A program made the translations under genes and the position numbers. Of a stretch of DNA of 12,144 nucleotides, positions 10,288 through 12,144 are shown in pieces; position 1 is the first letter of the stretch; the number at the start of each line of letters is the position of its first letter. The stretch comes from Bugula neritina (lineage: Eukaryota; Animalia; Bryozoa): the NCBI GenBank assembly GCA_964035545.1, contig CAXIUT010000121.1, positions 1 to 12,144 on the forward strand, read 5' to 3'. A model generated the notes under the pieces. That model was given only the letters and a program-made list of their open reading frames with translations. It made no database searches and was not told the origin of the DNA.

Positions 10288-10894
10288 ATGGTAAACTTAA
10301 AAGAAATACGATACACATTAACTGCTTTTAGAACAAAAAAAACATATCTTTTCTTCCTAGCAGCCCAGCTACTTCTAGTCCTACTTATTATCCCCATCGC
10401 ATTCGCCTCTCCCACACATTTTAAAACTCCAATAGTAATAATCCTAGAGTTCTTCCTCTTTCTTATGATTACCTTCGACCTGTACCTCTCTCTAACTCAG
10501 ATTAGGAATTCGACTTGCCTCAGAATAACAATTTTGGAAAAGCAAAGCAAATATATTTGACCTCTGTTTACTTTTCATTTTCGCTGCAACTCTTGTCTTC
10601 TTAGTATTTTATGGATAAGGATAAGGCAAAGACTACAGGAGACTGCTATAGACTGATGATGTGGTTATTTTGATAATTGTTCTAACTCGATATGTAATGC
10701 AGGTTACTCGTCTTTTTTGTGCTTTTCGAATGGCTAGAAAAAACAGAGGAATTCACTCATAAATAAAAAAGATAGATCTGAATAACATTGAACTAGCTAA
10801 TAATCAAAGTTTTAATTTCAACGAAGAACACAAAGCTGATCAGATATTAAGATAAAAAATGAACAAGAAACATGAGTTGATTGAAGAAAACTGA
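10288..10894 (+). CDS. Four-TM voltage-sensor-like domain protein with no pore, 195 aa; exons 10288-10481 and 10501-10894
   Basis: S1-like YLFFLAAQLLLVLLIIPI; S2-like IVIILEFFLFLMITFDLLGIRL; S2-S3 FWKSKANIFDL (compare the channel consensus FF...WNxFD); S4-like LTRYVMQVTRLFCAFRMARKNR; then a short polar tail and TGA at 10892-10894. Confidence 0.7.
10482..10500 (+). other. Intron, 19 nt
   Basis: gtacctctctctaactcag; retention stops at TGA 10558-10560, while removal restores the S2-S3-S4 frame. Confidence 0.85.
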
Positions 10895-11003
10895 GTGAAT
10901 GATTAGATCATAGCTGATCTTATTACAATTCTTGATAAATAATTTAACTATCTTGTGAAGTATTCTTGAAAAATACAATAGAAGAGATTATGTAAACGAA
11001 TCA

Positions 11004-11708
11004 TCAGCAATGTTTTTTCTTAGAATCATCTTGTTTCTTGTTTGAGTCATTAAGTTTAGCAAATTTAAAGAACTCTCCTTTCAATTTTTTAAAGGTCTAA
11101 ACTTCCTGCTTATGTGAATGCAAGCTACTTCTCTTTTATTCAGTTAGCCCTTTATCTTCTTCAAAGACTTTATGTTATTTTTCTTTCTGATAGTTAATTT
11201 CAAGTTTATTGGCTTCAACATCGCATTTTAATTCTTTTTCTTACACTTAAAGCTAATTATCGCTGGTAGAAATTTATTTGTACCTTTTTAGAGTATCACC
11301 TTACTCATTTTGTTTATCTTTATTTAAGAAAATTGATCTGATATCAACAATTGAGTTGTCTCTGAAGTAGAAAAACTCAATTAAGAGTTTGGCATGCTTA
11401 TCTGGTGATTTATTTAATTTACAAATACATTTATGTAAAAAATTAGGGGTTGGGGTTGGGGTTGGGGTTGGGGTTGGGGTTGGGGTTGGGGTTGGGGTTG
11501 GGTCTTAAACTATTACTTTAATGTTGAAGTTAGTGGAGTAAGGGTCTAGGTAGAATTCAGTGGTTGAATGTTGGTTACCAAATCCATTTTGAATTTAGTA
11601 GTTAGAAGCAAGGGTGATAGTTTCCTTATTTTTGTGAATCTTTAAATGAGCTTTGCATTGTTTGAGTCTGAGGGAAAGCTGTTTAATAGTGAATATGACC
11701 TTCAACAT
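11004..11708 (-). CDS. Putative N-terminal C2 (NT-C2/EEIG1-like) domain protein, 234 aa as assembled, interrupted in frame by a telomere tract
   Basis: ATG at 11708: MLKVIFTIKQLSLRLKQCKAHLKIHKNKETITLASNYEIQNG...FNIKVIVED-(PT)9P-NFLHKCICKLNKSPDKHAKLLIEFFY...KKHC, then TGA TGA (11006-11001). The alternating beta-strand pattern and the L-x-K-S-P-D-K-x-A-x-L ending resemble ciliate NT-C2 proteins; the family call is from recollection only. Confidence 0.65.
11446..11502 (+). repeat. Internal telomeric tract, (GGGGTT)9 GGG
   Basis: 57 bp of perfect repeat in the same orientation as the right telomere, 513 bp inside it. Confidence 0.98.
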
Positions 11709-12015
11709 GCAGAATTCTAGAATTATTAGCTTTAAAGTGATATAATTATACCCTGCTTATTTGATAAAACCTTAAGAATAGCCAATATGATAAAGGAAAT
11801 GATTTCGATTATTTATAACTATATAAAATAGGCATTGAATCAATACATCTTCCCTTCATTCAGACAAATAAAGAAGCAATATTGGAAAAAAATGTTTAAA
11901 ATATATAATTCTAGGTACAAATAAAGACAAAATGTTTCAAAAAAATTATCAAATAAATATTTTAGTTAATATTTGATACTGATTTTAATTTCAATTAAAA
12001 TATAAAATGTATATA

Positions 12016-12144
12016 GGGGTTGGGGTTGGGGTTGGGGTTGGGGTTGGGGTTGGGGTTGGGGTTGGGGTTGGGGTTGGGGTTGGGGTTGGGGTTGGGGGTT
12101 GGGGTTGGGGTTGGGGGGGTTTGGGGGTTGGGGTTGGGGTTGGG
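12016..12144. repeat. Right telomere, (GGGGTT)n
   Basis: GGGGTT repeats to the end of the sequence, with a few homopolymer-length variants in the last ~50 nt. Confidence 0.99.

Noticed and set aside
11415-11445. Possible breakage signal (TACAT near all three telomere junctions; tttaca...tgtaaa inverted repeat)
   Set aside because: Short AT-rich words at inconsistent distances from the junctions; not distinguishable from chance with three sites.
277-11708. Pseudogene interpretation of the many in-frame TAA/TAG codons, or the standard ciliate code (table 6, Gln)
   Set aside because: Frames are free of TGA for up to 970 codons, and TAR sits at invariant Glu positions.
11566-12015. Long + strand TGA-free frame running into the right telomere
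   Set aside because: Partly antisense to the NT-C2-like gene, has no stop before the telomere and no recognisable domain.
12090-12135. Variant telomere units (G5T2, G7T3)
   Set aside because: Homopolymer-length changes at a low-coverage contig end are most likely sequencing errors.

Overview
This is not a prokaryotic window. It is a complete telomere-to-telomere ~12.1-kb ciliate macronuclear minichromosome, with (CCCCAA)n at the left end and (GGGGTT)n at the right end. The standard-code ORF track is largely misleading because only TGA is a stop. TAA and TAG both fall on invariant glutamate positions (kinase APE, TTLL E-x-N), so both read as Glu. That is the peritrich-type nuclear code (NCBI table 30), not the usual ciliate Gln code. 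Retranslated by hand, the molecule carries eight well-formed genes: a MORN-repeat protein, a coiled-coil C2H2 zinc-finger protein, a Derlin/rhomboid-like protein, an unknown 4-intron gene, a 970-aa TTLL tubulin-modifying ligase, a Ser/Thr kinase, a stand-alone voltage-sensor-like 4-TM protein and an NT-C2-like protein. There is also one uncertain ORF. Six tiny introns (19-22 nt) are inferred, none a multiple of 3. The oddest feature is a 57-bp internal telomere tract (11446-11502) lying exactly in frame inside the last gene. It most likely marks an alternative telomere-addition site within a coding sequence.
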